Below, in pieces: positions 62,467-64,000 of a stretch of DNA of 64,000 nt; position 1 is the stretch's first letter; every line of letters begins with the position of its first letter. Both the position numbers and the translations under genes were made by a program. The stretch lies in assembly GCA_023430465.1 (NCBI GenBank), contig JAEZAM010000039.1:1-64000 (forward strand). The letters run 5' to 3'. A model generated the notes under the pieces. The model ran no database searches and had not been told where the DNA came from. It was given only the letters and a program-made list of their open reading frames with translations. Source of the DNA: Bacteroidota bacterium. GTDB lineage: Bacteria > Bacteroidota > Bacteroidia > Chitinophagales > Chitinophagaceae.

Positions 62467-63663
62467 TTGACAAATCAACAACTAACTGAAATCGCCGGGC
62501 AATTCGGCACTCCCGTCTACGTTTACCACGCCGAGAAGATCCGGCAGCAATACGGAAAACTGACAGCCGCCTTCAGCGGGAGCAATGCCCGTTTTTTTTA
62601 TGCCTGCAAGGCACTCACCAATACGCATATCCTCCGGTATATCCATTTTCTTGGAGCGGGAATCGACTGCAGCTCGATCAATGAGGTGAAGCTGGCGCGC
62701 TACGCGGGATTTTCACCTGAAAAGATATTGTACACCTCCAACGGCATCGCCTTTTCTGAAATAGAAGAAGCGGTGAGTCTCGGTGTGCACGTGAACATCG
62801 ACAGTATCTCCAACCTGCGCAAGTTTGGTGAGCGCTATGGGCACGATTATCCTGTGGGTATCAGGCTCCGCCCCAACATCTTGGCAGGTGGCAATCTCAA
62901 GATATCAACCGGGCATGACAAGAGTAAATTCGGGATACCGGTAGAGCAGTTGCCGGAGGTGATCGAGCTCGTGAAAGAACTGAATATCCGGATCGTGGAC
63001 CTTCATATCCATACAGGCAGCGATATCAAGGATGCCGCTGTCTTTGTGAAAGGGCTGGACGTGATGTTCGAGATCATTCCTCATTTCCCCGAGTTGAAAT
63101 CGGTGGACTTGGGCGGTGGATTCAAAGTTCCTTACCAGGCCGGGGATGATGAGCTGGATATAGATGAGCTGGGGAGAAAAGTGAAAGAAGCATTTGAAGC
63201 AAATGAACAGGCAAGGCACCTGGAGATTTGGTTTGAACCCGGGAAATACCTGGTGAGTGAATGTGGTTATTTCATCACCACCGTGAACGTGATCAAGGAA
63301 ACGCCATCCGCCACGTTTGTTGCGGTGAACTCGGGGTTCAATCACCTCATCCGCCCAATGTTCTATGATGCCTACCACCGTATCGAGAATATCAGCAGAC
63401 CTGATGCACCTTTGAAGCGATATTCGATTGTAGGCAATATATGTGAGACAGACACTTTTGCCTGGGATCGTGAAATAAATGAAACCGCAGAAGGCGACCT
63501 GCTGGTCTTTTACAATGCGGGCGCTTATGGATTTGAAATGTCATCCAACTTCAACTCGCGCATGAAGCCTGCAGAAGTGATGATGATAAACGGGGAGTAC
63601 AGGCTCATACGGCGACGAACTGAATGGGAATCGCTCCTCATCGACCAACCGGCTTTTGATTGA
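62467..63663 (+). CDS. lysA: diaminopimelate decarboxylase (PLP-dependent Orn/DAP/Arg decarboxylase fold)
   Basis: TTG start; TPVYVYH start typical of LysA, PLP-lysine region FFYACKAL, C-terminal beta-sandwich domain. Confidence 0.75.
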   Translation: MTNQQLTEIAGQFGTPVYVYHAEKIRQQYGKLTAAFSGSNARFFYACKALTNTHILRYIHFLGAGIDCSSINEVKLARYAGFSPEKILYTSNGIAFSEIEEAVSLGVHVNIDSISNLRKFGERYGHDYPVGIRLRPNILAGGNLKISTGHDKSKFGIPVEQLPEVIELVKELNIRIVDLHIHTGSDIKDAAVFVKGLDVMFEIIPHFPELKSVDLGGGFKVPYQAGDDELDIDELGRKVKEAFEANEQARHLEIWFEPGKYLVSECGYFITTVNVIKETPSATFVAVNSGFNHLIRPMFYDAYHRIENISRPDAPLKRYSIVGNICETDTFAWDREINETAEGDLLVFYNAGAYGFEMSSNFNSRMKPAEVMMINGEYRLIRRRTEWESLLIDQPAFD

Positions 63664-63821
63664 CCATGTGTATATGTATGTAGCATGAGTCCTCCGACAG
63701 GGGGACTTTTTTATTTCCCCGGATAAATTTTTCTGTTTTCTCAATCTGGTTTCATAGGGCTCTCGTAGATGATCATACCTGCTTATCAATTACGATTTAA
63801 TTATCTTAAAAACATCTGCGT

Positions 63822-64000
63822 ATGCTAAAGAAACATGCTCCGGCTGAGGGGATACTTATGCCCGGATCGCAACAAGACATCGCCGTATCCCGGCGAAGAT
63901 TCCTCGGCTATACAGGCGCAGCCGCTGCTGCCGCCCTGGCATTGACGGCCTGCGATAAGAACGACAACGATATGCCATCAGGAAGTATCGACCTCGGCAG
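63822..64000 (+). CDS. 5' fragment of a Tat-signal protein (truncated by window end)
   Basis: ATG at 63822; twin-arginine motif SRRRFLGYTGAAAAAALALTAC; runs off the window. Confidence 0.4.
   Translation, partial: MLKKHAPAEGILMPGSQQDIAVSRRRFLGYTGAAAAAALALTACDKNDNDMPSGSIDLG

Overview
The window reads as a chromosomal segment from a Bacteroidota genome, probably a Chitinophagaceae-like organism. The evidence is a T9SS C-terminal sorting domain, a GLPGLI-family protein, DUF4197 and DUF1080 lipoproteins, a domain-swapped FadB-type enzyme, and TTG/GTG starts on several convincing genes. GC content is about 50%. Most of the window is housekeeping: engB, a 2-oxoacid-dehydrogenase E2 with two lipoyl domains, dnaX, atpD-atpC, metG, a multifunctional 3-hydroxyacyl-CoA dehydrogenase/enoyl-CoA hydratase, an M16 peptidase pair, oxyR, kup, scpB, a stand-alone atpG, secA and lysA. 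Interspersed are envelope and secreted proteins: a T9SS-targeted metzincin, a flotillin/NfeD pair, an AsmA-like giant protein, outer-membrane barrels, GH43, DUF1080 and an ABC-2 exporter. The one clearly accessory stretch is about 48.2-56.0 kb. It holds a GLPGLI protein, two paralogous three-gene signalling modules (polytopic membrane protein, then single-TM HisKA_3 kinase, then NarL/LuxR regulator), a SAM methyltransferase and a third LuxR regulator. This stretch has strikingly mosaic base composition and two unusually long ORF-free divergent intergenic regions, one carrying a perfect 22-bp palindrome. Other observations worth follow-up: an orphan + strand terminator divergent from oxyR (a candidate OxyS-like sRNA); a small signal-peptide-less metzincin between the fadB-like gene and the M16 pair; a phased TTTTGAC heptad repeat family at two promoter-proximal loci; tandem 15-bp palindromes upstream of a duplicated membrane-anchored alpha/beta-hydrolase; and simple tandem repeats abutting gene 3' ends. 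No rRNA, tRNA, CRISPR array or intact mobile element was recognised.
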